This document shows, piece after piece, positions 18,725 through 27,780 of a stretch of 64,000 nt of DNA. The position numbers and the translations under genes are program-made. The notes beneath the pieces were generated by a model. The model was given only the letters and a program-made list of their open reading frames with translations. It did not search any database and had not been told where the DNA came from. How positions within the stretch are numbered: the first letter of the stretch is position 1; each line of letters opens with the position of its first letter. This DNA comes from an uncultured Bacteroidales bacterium (GTDB lineage: Bacteria > Bacteroidota > Bacteroidia > Bacteroidales > DTU049), in assembly GCA_964388575.1 (NCBI GenBank), contig CAYMAZ010000008.1, positions 1,821 to 65,820 of the forward strand. The letters are read 5' to 3'.

Positions 18725-19480
18725 TTAAAATTGCCTGGCTGCAGTTTCTTTTCTTTCAATTTTGTCAGTAATAATACAGTATATCCAACATAATCCTATA
18801 AAAAGGATTAGCAGAAACACAGCTGAATAAAAATAATGAAAAGGAAATCCCAGAAATTTTGTATCTGTCAACACTGAGCGATTGTGAATCAGATAAAATG
18901 GCATCCCTTTTTCTGTAATTTTTTTATTTTCCTCACTAAACACTTCATAATTTTCGGAACTTAAAGAAAACGGAATTATAAGTTTACGTGCATCTGTTGC
19001 ATCAATGTCCAACATTCCGCACACCTTTTCTTCCAAAACTTTCTTGGATTCAATATAAGCAGGGTCCAATAATCCACTCCCTTCCAATTTTTGCTTTTCA
19101 AAGTTTACAACATCCAAATAAAGTTTTTCCTTTTCATCACCTGCCAGTTGAAACAATGCCCATGTAAATCCGTTTGACATTGCAGCCTCATACTCAGGTT
19201 TAATGTATACTTTCCCAAGAACATACAACAAAGAGCTGGCAAAATTCTTCAATTGAGCTTCATCGGCAGTTTCTGACTTTACATTTTCCCATACTGAGAT
19301 AAATGTGTTGTAGGCAGGTTCAGGCACAGGTTTCTGTATCACCCTAAGTAATATCTGAAAGCCAAATACGGCTATTGCCCATATGAGGATCAGCCATATA
19401 ATCATATTCCTGTTTTTCAATGCTCGGGGACTAACCGGTTTGAAAAAACTAACATGATAGTCGTTTTGATTTGTGTCCAT
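18725..19480 (-). CDS. DUF4212-like putative solute:sodium symporter small subunit with a large insertion
   Basis: First helix (NRNMIIWLILIWAIAVFGFQILL) and C-terminal FLGFPFHYFYSAVFLLILFIGLCWIYCIITDKIE resemble the two conserved halves of DUF4212, separated by about 165 residues. Start set to ATG 19480; TTG 19504 lies inside the -7 box. Confidence 0.6.
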   Translation of the reverse strand: MDTNQNDYHVSFFKPVSPRALKNRNMIIWLILIWAIAVFGFQILLRVIQKPVPEPAYNTFISVWENVKSETADEAQLKNFASSLLYVLGKVYIKPEYEAAMSNGFTWALFQLAGDEKEKLYLDVVNFEKQKLEGSGLLDPAYIESKKVLEEKVCGMLDIDATDARKLIIPFSLSSENYEVFSEENKKITEKGMPFYLIHNRSVLTDTKFLGFPFHYFYSAVFLLILFIGLCWIYCIITDKIERKETAARQF

Positions 19481-19501
19481 AGGTTTTGGTTGATTAAGCA
19501 A

Positions 19502-19509
19502 CAAAAGTA
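19502..19509 (-). promoter_or_regulatory. Putative -7 box (TACTTTTG) for the symporter operon
   Basis: Exact TAnnTTTG match 21 nt upstream of ATG 19480. Confidence 0.45.
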
Positions 19510-19606
19510 AAAAATTCGTTCAATGAATATTGAATTTAAATTTTGTGATATAACATTGTTTAAAAACAACTTTATTTCAGAAAATGATTTACTTTTACAA
19601 TAAAAA

Positions 19607-20296
19607 ATGAAATTTAGAAAAGATATTCAGTGCAATGAATGTTTGCTAAAATGTGATATATATCTGACATTACGGAAAAATGGCAATGATTTTTCCAATG
19701 TCAATCCTCTGCATGTCTCCTATCGCAGACATGAAATCATCTGCAAGCAGGGAAATGAGGTCACACATGCCATTTATCTGGTCAAGGGAACTGCCAAGCT
19801 CTATATTGAAGGACTAAACAACCGGAACATCATCCTGTATATCATGAAGCCCCACAGCTACATTGGGTTACTTTCATTTTTTGAGACCCCAACGTATTCT
19901 TATTCAGTTACTGCACTGGAAGATAGTGAGATATGTATGATTGATCTGAATTACATAAAAAAACTTTATGTGGAGAACCACGATTTTCTCATCAAACTCA
20001 ATGAGGCATTTGGCAAATCGGTTGCATCCATCATGCATAAAATTATCACGCTGAATCAGAAAAACATAAGAGGCCGGTTTGCAGACAGCCTGCTCTATTT
20101 ATCGAAATTACAAAACAACCTGAGGTTTGAAATGTTACTTACGAGGCGGGAACTTGGAGAATTGTCGGCAATTTCGGAAGAAAATACAGTCAGACTTCTT
20201 ACAGAACTTAAAAGAGAAGGAATTATTGAAGTTCAAGGGAGACAAATTACAATACTTGACGACAAACTGTTAAAGAAAATCAGCGAGGTTGGATAG
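19607..20296 (+). CDS. Crp/Fnr-family transcriptional regulator with an FNR-like cysteine pattern
   Basis: cNMP-binding-like beta-roll followed by a C-terminal helix-turn-helix (RRELGELSAISEENTVRLLTELKREGII). Cysteines are at positions 9, 12, 16 and 110. Confidence 0.85.
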   Translation: MKFRKDIQCNECLLKCDIYLTLRKNGNDFSNVNPLHVSYRRHEIICKQGNEVTHAIYLVKGTAKLYIEGLNNRNIILYIMKPHSYIGLLSFFETPTYSYSVTALEDSEICMIDLNYIKKLYVENHDFLIKLNEAFGKSVASIMHKIITLNQKNIRGRFADSLLYLSKLQNNLRFEMLLTRRELGELSAISEENTVRLLTELKREGIIEVQGRQITILDDKLLKKISEVG

Positions 20297-20301
20297 CTTC
20301 A

Positions 20302-21438
20302 TCAAAGCATACTGATCATTTTCCCGACAGATTGCCATAATAATCCAGCAGTTTTGTCCCAGGAAAATTCTGTTTTTCTTCTACGACCAGCAGCCACAAG
20401 TTTTTCAGCAAGTTCAGGCTCATTAACAATGCGCATCATTGCTCCGGTGATCGCTTCGGTATCAGAGGGATTTACACACAGGGCAGCATCGCCGGCAACT
20501 TCGGGCATTGAAGTCACATTGGAAGTTATAACCGGTGTCTCTGCATAAAATGCTTCCAGGATGGGAATCCCGAATCCTTCAAACAGAGATACGTACATCA
20601 GTGCAGTTGCCGATGAAATCACAGCTCCCAGCCGATCTGAAGACAACCTTCCTGCAAAAATCACATCATTCTTAAAACGCATGATGTTCCAAACATCCTC
20701 AAGTTCTTTGTTCCAGATCCAACGATCACCCACAATCATAAACTTTTCCTTAGCTTCGGGGTTTTGTTGTTTGTAATACTCGAATGCCAGTAATTGATTT
20801 GAAAGATTTTTCCTCGGATGTATTGTCCCGACAAATAAAAAATATGGGTGACCATTTGCAAACTGCTCTCTGACTTGATTTTTCTCCCAATCAGTAAATT
20901 TTCTGAATTTCGTATTCGCTCCGTTGTAGACAACATCAATTTCTGAGGGATCTGCACCATATTGACTGACAAGATCCTTTTTTGTAAATTGTGAAACAGT
21001 CGCAATCCGGTTTGGTTTGTGAACAAACTTTGGTGTATATTTCCGTAAATAATTTGAAATTCCAGCAGGGAGATGTTCAGGATAATGTTCAAAGCCGATG
21101 TCATGAATAACGATCAATGACGGAATATTAATTTTCAGCGACATCATGCTGTCAGGATAGATGATAACATCCGGGTTAATTTTCCTGATCACAACAGGCA
21201 AAACGTATTCAAACCAAAACCTGAGTAAAATAGCTCTGTATCTGGACTTAAAAAAAGTCACAACCGGGATAATGTTATCTGAAGTAATGAATTTCTTATC
21301 ATATGGTCTGTCAAAAATATAGTAGAAAGTGTGCTCAGGATTATTTGCAGCGATTCTGCTCATCGTCTCAAAAGTAAACACCTCAATACCTGTCATTCTT
21401 TCTTGCCTGAGCAAACGGGTATTCACTGCAATCTTCAT
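20302..21438 (-). CDS. Glycosyltransferase, GT4 (GT-B) family
   Basis: 378 aa with the C-terminal GT-B motif (SLFEGFGIPILEAFYAETPVITSNVTSMPEVAGDAA). Confidence 0.85.
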   Translation of the reverse strand: MKIAVNTRLLRQERMTGIEVFTFETMSRIAANNPEHTFYYIFDRPYDKKFITSDNIIPVVTFFKSRYRAILLRFWFEYVLPVVIRKINPDVIIYPDSMMSLKINIPSLIVIHDIGFEHYPEHLPAGISNYLRKYTPKFVHKPNRIATVSQFTKKDLVSQYGADPSEIDVVYNGANTKFRKFTDWEKNQVREQFANGHPYFLFVGTIHPRKNLSNQLLAFEYYKQQNPEAKEKFMIVGDRWIWNKELEDVWNIMRFKNDVIFAGRLSSDRLGAVISSATALMYVSLFEGFGIPILEAFYAETPVITSNVTSMPEVAGDAALCVNPSDTEAITGAMMRIVNEPELAEKLVAAGRRRKTEFSWDKTAGLLWQSVGKMISML

Positions 21439-21458
21439 AATTTTGTACTTGGATTTTA

Positions 21459-21466
21459 CAAAGTTA
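21459..21466 (-). promoter_or_regulatory. Putative -7 box (TAACTTTG) for the GT4 gene
   Basis: Exact TAnnTTTG match 20 nt upstream of ATG 21438. Confidence 0.45.
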
Positions 21467-21529
21467 ACATTAATTTAAAAATTGCCCGGCAAAAACAAAA
21501 CAGCATTGCGATTTATGATATTTTTGCCT

Positions 21530-21537
21530 TACTTTTG
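21530..21537 (+). promoter_or_regulatory. Putative -7 box (TACTTTTG) for the flippase gene; a second copy (TATTTTTG) is at 21519-21526
   Basis: Exact TAnnTTTG match 20 nt upstream of ATG 21558. The tandem box is part of the direct repeat ttttgcctt / ttttgcctt. Confidence 0.45.
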
Positions 21538-21557
21538 CCTTGGCAACAGTCAATGTT

Positions 21558-23018
21558 ATGCAACGAAAATTTCTTTCAAGTCTGATCATTCTGCTCGGTG
21601 TAAACCTCATCATCAAACCTGTCTGGATACTCGGTATTGACAGGACAGTGCAAAATATTACAGGCCCTGCCGAATATGGTTTTTACTTTGCCATTCTGAA
21701 TTTTTCATTTCTGTTCAACATTTTACTGGACTTTGGCATTACTAATTTCAATAACAGAAATATTGCCCAAAATGAGCATTTACTTCAGAAACACTTTTCT
21801 GGTATTTCAATGTTGAAGTTTATGCTTGCTGGACTGTATCTTGCAGCAACATTCATAACTGGGTACATCATTGGATATGACAGCAGACAGTTCCATTTTC
21901 TGATTTTTTTAAGCATCAATCAGTTTTTGTTATCTTTCATACTTTACCTCCGTTCAAATATTTCCGGATTGCAGCTTTTCAAAACTGACAGTCTTTTGTC
22001 TGTACTTGACAGGTTGTTGATGATAATCTTCTGTTCTGTCCTGATTTGGGGAAATCTGATCAAAGGATCATTCAGGATTGAATGGTTTATTTATGCACAA
22101 ACCATTGCCTATGCATGTACTTTTATTATTTGTCTGACGATTGTTGTGATCAAGGCAAAATACAGAAAGCCGGGATGGAATCTTGCTTTCTTTTTGCTCA
22201 TTCTCAGACAAAGCTCTCCTTTTGCACTCTTAATTTTGTTAATGACATTTTATAACAGAATTGACTCTGTTATGCTCGAACGTATGCTTCCCGATGGGAA
22301 TCATCAGGCAGGGATATATGCAGCTGCTTACCGCTTGCTGGATGCCTTTAATATGATCGCTTATCTTTTTTCAGTCATTCTGCTGCCATTATTTGCACGT
22401 ATGATTAAACTGAAAGAAAATATTTTGCCAATCATAAGAACATCTTTCAGCCTGTTATTTATTTTCTCTACTTACGTTGCATTGTTTACCAGTTTTCACA
22501 GCGGAGATCTGATGAGTATTATGTATTACAGCAATACATCTGAATCAGCGGATGTTTTCAGGATTCTGATGTTTTGTCTCATTCCTGTTTCCATGACATA
22601 TGTTTTCGGAACACTTCTGACGGCCAACGGAAGTTTAAAAGTATTAAACATCATTGCATTTTGTGGTATGTTGCTCAACATCGGACTCAACCTGCTTGTA
22701 ATCCCCAGATATGAAGCCATTGGAGCTGCCGCTGTATCACTTATTACACAGTCAATCACTGCTATATTGCAACTTCTCTATGTTGTTGTTCTTTTTAAAA
22801 TTAAACCCGGCTCAGGATATATGCTCAAACTGGGGTTACATTTGATTATACTGATTGCTTCAGTTGCTTTTGTCAGACAGTTTACTGTAAATACCGGTCT
22901 GGCATTTTTGATAAGTGGAACCGTTACATTACTTTCAGCTTTGCTTCTTGGGGTCCTGAAACCGGTAAAATTTATGAAGTTGATGTTCGACAGGAATTTT
23001 GACAAAAATGTTGATTGA
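21558..23018 (+). CDS. Oligosaccharide/polysaccharide flippase (MOP/Wzx-like)
   Basis: About 486 aa with roughly 12-14 TM helices and typical Wzx-like length and topology. Start moved from TTG 21540 to ATG 21558. Confidence 0.7.
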   Translation: MQRKFLSSLIILLGVNLIIKPVWILGIDRTVQNITGPAEYGFYFAILNFSFLFNILLDFGITNFNNRNIAQNEHLLQKHFSGISMLKFMLAGLYLAATFITGYIIGYDSRQFHFLIFLSINQFLLSFILYLRSNISGLQLFKTDSLLSVLDRLLMIIFCSVLIWGNLIKGSFRIEWFIYAQTIAYACTFIICLTIVVIKAKYRKPGWNLAFFLLILRQSSPFALLILLMTFYNRIDSVMLERMLPDGNHQAGIYAAAYRLLDAFNMIAYLFSVILLPLFARMIKLKENILPIIRTSFSLLFIFSTYVALFTSFHSGDLMSIMYYSNTSESADVFRILMFCLIPVSMTYVFGTLLTANGSLKVLNIIAFCGMLLNIGLNLLVIPRYEAIGAAAVSLITQSITAILQLLYVVVLFKIKPGSGYMLKLGLHLIILIASVAFVRQFTVNTGLAFLISGTVTLLSALLLGVLKPVKFMKLMFDRNFDKNVD

Positions 23019-23023
23019 TTGTG

Positions 23024-24097
23024 TTAATCAACAACTTTCTTATCAATGTATTTTGAATTGAGAAGGCGAAGAGCACCCATGTAATCCATTTCAAATTCCA
23101 GCAGATTACCGACTTTCAGTTTTTGCGGATTATTTTTCAGATCAACAACGATCATATCTGAGCTGGCTCCAATAATATCCTGATAGCTTTCAACCGGTTT
23201 AATGTGCGTTGTATCAACATCCAAAGACCCGATATCAATAATGGCTCTGTGGGAATGTTCATGTTCAGGCGTTTCATCAAAGTCAAATGCCTCACCTTCA
23301 ACATTGAGTCCCATTTCACCTGAAGGCGTCATAGGTTTTTCAATAAGCTCAATGATCTCGGCATAAAATCTAATCACATCACTATGCATCTCTTTAAATG
23401 GCTGATTATGATACACATCCGTACCAATAAACAGAGTCTCACCAACACGAAAATGATTAATTCCGCGAGGCATCCTGTTTTGAAATATCAGAGGGATTGT
23501 TACTGATGCTCCACCAGAAACGAACGGAATTTTTGTGTTAAATTTTGCCTCAACAAGTTCCTTGTACAAACTAAGCTGAATGAGTTTGTCTTCGTTGGGC
23601 AACACCCCGTACAAACAGGTGAGATTTGTGCCTATTCCAACAACTTCGATATTTGGTAAATTAAAAACCTCAGCATAAAAGTCAATAAAATCTTCACGCA
23701 TAACTCCTTCTCTCAACTCTCCCATTTCTATCATAATCAGAATTTTATGAACTTTCCCCTGATTCTGAGCTTCTTTTGACAACAGCTTGATGGTAGCAAG
23801 CTCTGTGTTGAAACTGATGTCCGCAAATTCCACAACACCTTTCAAAGCACGTTTGGCGGGTGGTTTTATATAAATCGTCTCTATTGTAGAATCTATTGAT
23901 TTGATGGTTTTCAGGTTTGAAACTCTGGAATCACAAATCTGTTTCACTCCCAGAGAGATCAGCTCCTTCAAATAGGATTTCTCTCCGCAAAGCAACTTGG
24001 AAACCACAGCCCATTGAATACCATTTCTTTTAAACAAGTCGTCAAGATATTTGTAATTCTCTCTGAGTTTTTGTCTGTTTAATGTAATAAATGCCAT
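23024..24097 (-). CDS. PLP-dependent alanine/ornithine racemase-family protein (YhfX-like)
   Basis: 357 aa. Alanine-racemase N-terminal TIM-barrel pattern with a candidate PLP lysine (WAVVSKLLCG); HFRVGETLFIGTD in the C-terminal part. Confidence 0.65.
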   Translation of the reverse strand: MAFITLNRQKLRENYKYLDDLFKRNGIQWAVVSKLLCGEKSYLKELISLGVKQICDSRVSNLKTIKSIDSTIETIYIKPPAKRALKGVVEFADISFNTELATIKLLSKEAQNQGKVHKILIMIEMGELREGVMREDFIDFYAEVFNLPNIEVVGIGTNLTCLYGVLPNEDKLIQLSLYKELVEAKFNTKIPFVSGGASVTIPLIFQNRMPRGINHFRVGETLFIGTDVYHNQPFKEMHSDVIRFYAEIIELIEKPMTPSGEMGLNVEGEAFDFDETPEHEHSHRAIIDIGSLDVDTTHIKPVESYQDIIGASSDMIVVDLKNNPQKLKVGNLLEFEMDYMGALRLLNSKYIDKKVVD

Positions 24098-24103
24098 ATG
24101 ATT

Positions 24104-24547
24104 TTATTTATTTGGACATCTCATTTCAAGATATTTGCTTGAAAAACCGAATTTTTCATACAGAAAACGAGCCGGATTATCAGGTTCAACATGTAATTTT
24201 ACAGAACCTTCTGCTTTTTCAAGTGTTTTACTCATTAATTTTTTTCCCAGTCCCTGACCTCTGTAATCTTTATGTGTTGCAATATAGACAAGAATATTGG
24301 CCGGAATATATCCATCCATTCCTGTTTTATTAACAATCACGGCCCCAACAGGGACATCATTATCTCTGGCCAGCAGGGCAAAACCTCCGAAAGAATCACC
24401 AACTTTCAGGGCATAATTCAAACATCGTTCAATATCTTCTTTCGGATCACCATACTGCTCGAGATGCTCAAACAGAAAATCAATAATCTGATTCTTTTCA
24501 TTCAGATCTGGCATATTTAATTTATCAAACTCTTTCAATAAAAACAT
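24104..24547 (-). CDS. GNAT-family N-acetyltransferase
   Basis: 147 aa with the acetyl-CoA motif YRGQGLGKKLM. Its stop is 6 nt upstream of the racemase start. Confidence 0.8.
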   Translation of the reverse strand: MFLLKEFDKLNMPDLNEKNQIIDFLFEHLEQYGDPKEDIERCLNYALKVGDSFGGFALLARDNDVPVGAVIVNKTGMDGYIPANILVYIATHKDYRGQGLGKKLMSKTLEKAEGSVKLHVEPDNPARFLYEKFGFSSKYLEMRCPNK

Positions 24548-24726
24548 AATTCTTCCTTTAATTTAAATTACACAAATAAATTTTTGATTTTCATTCATCA
24601 GGACTCAGCTAATTAAATTCAACTAACCAATTTGTGTGAAAAAAATCCTGCGTTTTACAAAATTACAAAAAAAAAATTAAATTGTAAAAACATCATAAAG
24701 AAACAGGTTTATCACTTCAAAACTTG

Positions 24727-24734
24727 TATATTTG
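24727..24734 (+). promoter_or_regulatory. Putative -7 box (TATATTTG)
   Basis: Exact TAnnTTTG match 25 nt upstream of ATG 24760. It overlaps the track's TTG start (24724). Confidence 0.45.
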
Positions 24735-24759
24735 CAAAAATTCGAAAGTATCTTATTTG

Positions 24760-25485
24760 ATGATTGTCAATATATTTGTCCCGTGCATTATTGATCAGAT
24801 TTACCCGCAAACTGCGGTTAATATGGAAAAGATCCTTTCACATTTTGGTATTGAAACACAATACATTGAAGAACAGACATGCTGCGGGCAGATCGCATAT
24901 AAAAACGGTTATTTTGATCAGGCTCAGGAACTCGGTGAAAAATTTATCAAAGAGTTCAACAATGGACTTAATGTTGTCATGCCAAGCATATCATGTGCTG
25001 TGATGGTCCGAAAATATTATCCTGAAATTTTTTATAATTCCTCTCTGCATAATGATCTGAAGCAACTCATTCCCAAAACTTTTGAATTCACGGATTTTCT
25101 GTACAATGTTGCCGGTATTCAAACCCTCAATTCGAGATACAGCTCAAGAATTGCAATACACACAAGTTGCTCTGGTCTAAGGGATTATGGCAACAGCAAT
25201 CTCATGAACAAACTCTTATCTACTGTTGATGGGCTGGTTATACTCAACATGAAAGATGCTGATGTTTGTTGCGGATTCGGTGGGTCGTTTGCCATCAGGA
25301 ATCATCATATTTCTGCAGCTATGGGTAAAGATAAGTTACAAAATGCCATTGATACCGGAGCACAATATCTGATTTCTAACGAAGCATCCTGCCTGATGCA
25401 TCTGAAAACAATGGCAAAAAAACACAAATTACCCATTGAACCAATCCATATTATTGATTTTATTGCATTAATATTAAATTTGTAG
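24760..25485 (+). CDS. (Fe-S)-binding CCG-domain oxidoreductase, LutA/GlcF-like
   Basis: N-terminus MIVNIFVPCIIDQIYPQ plus two CCG motifs (EQTCCGQ, DVCCGFGGSF). No lutB or lutC nearby. Confidence 0.75.
   Translation: MIVNIFVPCIIDQIYPQTAVNMEKILSHFGIETQYIEEQTCCGQIAYKNGYFDQAQELGEKFIKEFNNGLNVVMPSISCAVMVRKYYPEIFYNSSLHNDLKQLIPKTFEFTDFLYNVAGIQTLNSRYSSRIAIHTSCSGLRDYGNSNLMNKLLSTVDGLVILNMKDADVCCGFGGSFAIRNHHISAAMGKDKLQNAIDTGAQYLISNEASCLMHLKTMAKKHKLPIEPIHIIDFIALILNL
25475..25482 (+). promoter_or_regulatory. Putative -7 box (TAAATTTG) for radC-wecB
   Basis: Exact TAnnTTTG match abutting the preceding gene's TAG stop, 21 nt upstream of ATG 25504. Confidence 0.4.
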
Positions 25486-25503
25486 TTTACAAATTTTTCA
25501 TTC

Positions 25504-26205
25504 ATGAAGAAATCCAGTGCGAACTCAATAAAATCATGGGCTCCAGAAGACAGACCCCGTGAAAAAATGATACTCAAAGGCAGAAGCTCTCTTTCTGATG
25601 CCGAATTACTCGCCATACTACTTCGAAGTGGTAATTCCCGCGAATCTGCTCTGGATCTTGCAAAACACATCCTGCGTGACTCTGATAATGATCTGAATGA
25701 ATTAGGTAAACATTCTGCTGAACGTTTTATGCAATATCCCGGTGTAGGTGAAGCAAAAGCAGTTTCAATTGTGGCAGCACTTGAACTGGGACGAAGACGC
25801 AGGGAATCAAAAATTAAAAAAGTCAATGCGATTACAAGCAGCAGGGATGTATTTGAATATATGCAAAGTGTGCTTACTGACCTTCAACATGAAGAATTCT
25901 GGGCTTTATTTCTGAATGTCAAAAATCACATTCTTTCCAGGGTGTTAATTGGAGAAGGTGGAACAACCCAAACCGTTGTTGATCCGAAAAAGGTTTTCAG
26001 GCTTGCTATAGAACATAACGCTGTAAATATTCTGGTTTGTCACAATCATCCCTCCGGTGGAATTCAGCCTAGCCAATCAGATATAAATCTCACAAGGAAA
26101 CTTCGTGAAGGGGCAAAAATTCTGGATATGTCTCTGATTGATCATGTGATCCTCGGCAACGAAAATTATTATAGTTTTGCAGACCAGGGTGTATTAGATC
26201 ATTAA
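25504..26205 (+). CDS. radC: RadC-family JAB/MPN domain protein
   Basis: 233 aa. Helix-hairpin-helix N-terminus (LSDAELLAILLRSG) and the JAMM motif HNHPSG...PSQSD. Confidence 0.9.
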   Translation: MKKSSANSIKSWAPEDRPREKMILKGRSSLSDAELLAILLRSGNSRESALDLAKHILRDSDNDLNELGKHSAERFMQYPGVGEAKAVSIVAALELGRRRRESKIKKVNAITSSRDVFEYMQSVLTDLQHEEFWALFLNVKNHILSRVLIGEGGTTQTVVDPKKVFRLAIEHNAVNILVCHNHPSGGIQPSQSDINLTRKLREGAKILDMSLIDHVILGNENYYSFADQGVLDH

Positions 26206-26217
26206 AACAGAATACTT

Positions 26218-27363
26218 GTGATAAAGATTTTAACTATTATCGGGGCGCGACCACAAATCATCAAAGCTGCTGCCCTAAGTCGGGCAATAAGAGAACGTTT
26301 TGCTGATCAGATTATTGAAATTTTTGTCCATACGGGACAGCATTATGACCATAATATGTCAGATGTTTTCATTGAAGAACTTGGGCTGCAACAACCACAT
26401 TATCAACTTGGAATAGGCTCCGGACCTCATGGAAAGCAAACTGCTTCAATGATTGGTGCTCTTGAAGAAATTCTTCTTAAAGAACAACCCCGTTGGTGCA
26501 TTTTATTCGGCGACACAAACTCAACTCTTGCAGGAGCAATTGCTGCTGCCAAATTACAAATTCCTATTGCTCACATTGAGGCCGGTCTTCGTTCTTTTGA
26601 CAAAACAATGCCTGAAGAACTCAACAGAATTGTCTGTGACCATTTTTCCACTCTTCTGTTTACACCTACAAAAACTGCCATCCATAATCTTGAAAATGAG
26701 GGCTTCAGATCAACTGTATCGCCCCCCTACAGTATGAATCATCCTGCAATTATTCACAGTGGTGATATCATGTACGACAACACTTTATACTTTTCTGAAG
26801 TTGCTGTCAATAAAACAACTATTCTGGAAAAATTGAGTCTTACACATTCTCCTTTTGCTTTATGCACCATTCACAGACAACACAATACAGATGATCCAAA
26901 ACGACTGACTGACATTTTTCAGTCAATTCTTGAATTGTCTGAGGAAACCAACCTGAGGTACATCATTCCACTCCACCCACGAACTTTAAAAATGATTCAA
27001 AAATTGCCAGAGAAAAAACTATATCCTTCACTGATAAAAAGCACAGCAGTTCAAATTACAGAACCTGTTTCATTTCTCGAAATGACTGCACTTGAGGCCA
27101 ATTCAACACTCATACTGACTGATTCCGGAGGTGTGCAGAAAGAAGCCTTCTTCATGAAAAAGCCTTGCGTCATTCTCAGAAATGAAACCGAGTGGGTTGA
27201 AATCTTAGAACATCAAACAGGAATATTGGCAGATGCAGATATTTCAAAAATAAAAAATGCTGTCTTTCGTTTTATTACCAACCCTCCTGACCAGTTTCCT
27301 GAGATTTTTGGTGACGGACATTCTGCAGTAAACATATGCAATTCGCTCATAGATTATGCTTAA
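26218..27363 (+). CDS. wecB: UDP-N-acetylglucosamine 2-epimerase (non-hydrolysing)
   Basis: GTG start. MIKILTIIGARPQIIKAA, GDTNSTLAGA, HIEAGLRS, DSGGVQKEA. Confidence 0.92.
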   Translation: MIKILTIIGARPQIIKAAALSRAIRERFADQIIEIFVHTGQHYDHNMSDVFIEELGLQQPHYQLGIGSGPHGKQTASMIGALEEILLKEQPRWCILFGDTNSTLAGAIAAAKLQIPIAHIEAGLRSFDKTMPEELNRIVCDHFSTLLFTPTKTAIHNLENEGFRSTVSPPYSMNHPAIIHSGDIMYDNTLYFSEVAVNKTTILEKLSLTHSPFALCTIHRQHNTDDPKRLTDIFQSILELSEETNLRYIIPLHPRTLKMIQKLPEKKLYPSLIKSTAVQITEPVSFLEMTALEANSTLILTDSGGVQKEAFFMKKPCVILRNETEWVEILEHQTGILADADISKIKNAVFRFITNPPDQFPEIFGDGHSAVNICNSLIDYA

Positions 27364-27366
27364 AAA

Positions 27367-27780
27367 ATGCTTTTTATAATGTTTGAAAAACTCAATGATT
27401 TTATTTCAATAATCTATATCGGTGTTTTTATTTCATTTGCTGCACTTATCGGTATCGTCATTAACAAATACAGTTTGGTTTTCAGACAGGGTTTTGAACT
27501 GGATATTGCCATAAGCTGCCTCAGTATTTTTGCACTTGTTATCCCCATTGTACTCCATTATACAAAATCATTGAACCTTTTCCGGATCATAACCGGATTT
27601 ATTCTTCTGTTGTTATTATATGTTGACCTTTTTATCTGGATTGTCATTTTCCACGGTTTCAAGGCACTGCCTTCACCGGTTAAGTCATTGAATTTTCTCC
27701 TTCCTACTGCATTGTTTTTTATTGTAACAATTGTTTTTGTATTATCCCAGTCACAAAAAAATTGGGAGGAACATCCTTGA
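27367..27780 (+). CDS. Small integral membrane protein (4 predicted TM helices), function unknown
   Basis: 137-aa hydrophobic ORF. Starts 3 nt after wecB and overlaps the next gene by 4 nt (TTGA). Confidence 0.5.
   Translation: MLFIMFEKLNDFISIIYIGVFISFAALIGIVINKYSLVFRQGFELDIAISCLSIFALVIPIVLHYTKSLNLFRIITGFILLLLLYVDLFIWIVIFHGFKALPSPVKSLNFLLPTALFFIVTIVFVLSQSQKNWEEHP

Noticed and set aside
23010-23032. 7-bp hairpin (gttgatt / aatcaac) spanning both stop codons of the convergent flippase and racemase genes, considered as a bidirectional terminator
   Set aside because: The stem is short and AT-rich, the loop is 9 nt, and there is no flanking T or A run. The evidence is too weak to call.
25305-25826. 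173-aa minus-strand ORF overlapping the LutA-like gene and radC
   Set aside because: It is antisense to two motif-supported genes. It is rich in S/R/A as expected for an antisense frame. It would also run across the intergenic promoter.
25504-26205. RadC considered as a marker of a mobile or defence island
   Set aside because: There are no flanking integrase, antitoxin, phage or conjugation genes. It appears co-transcribed with wecB.
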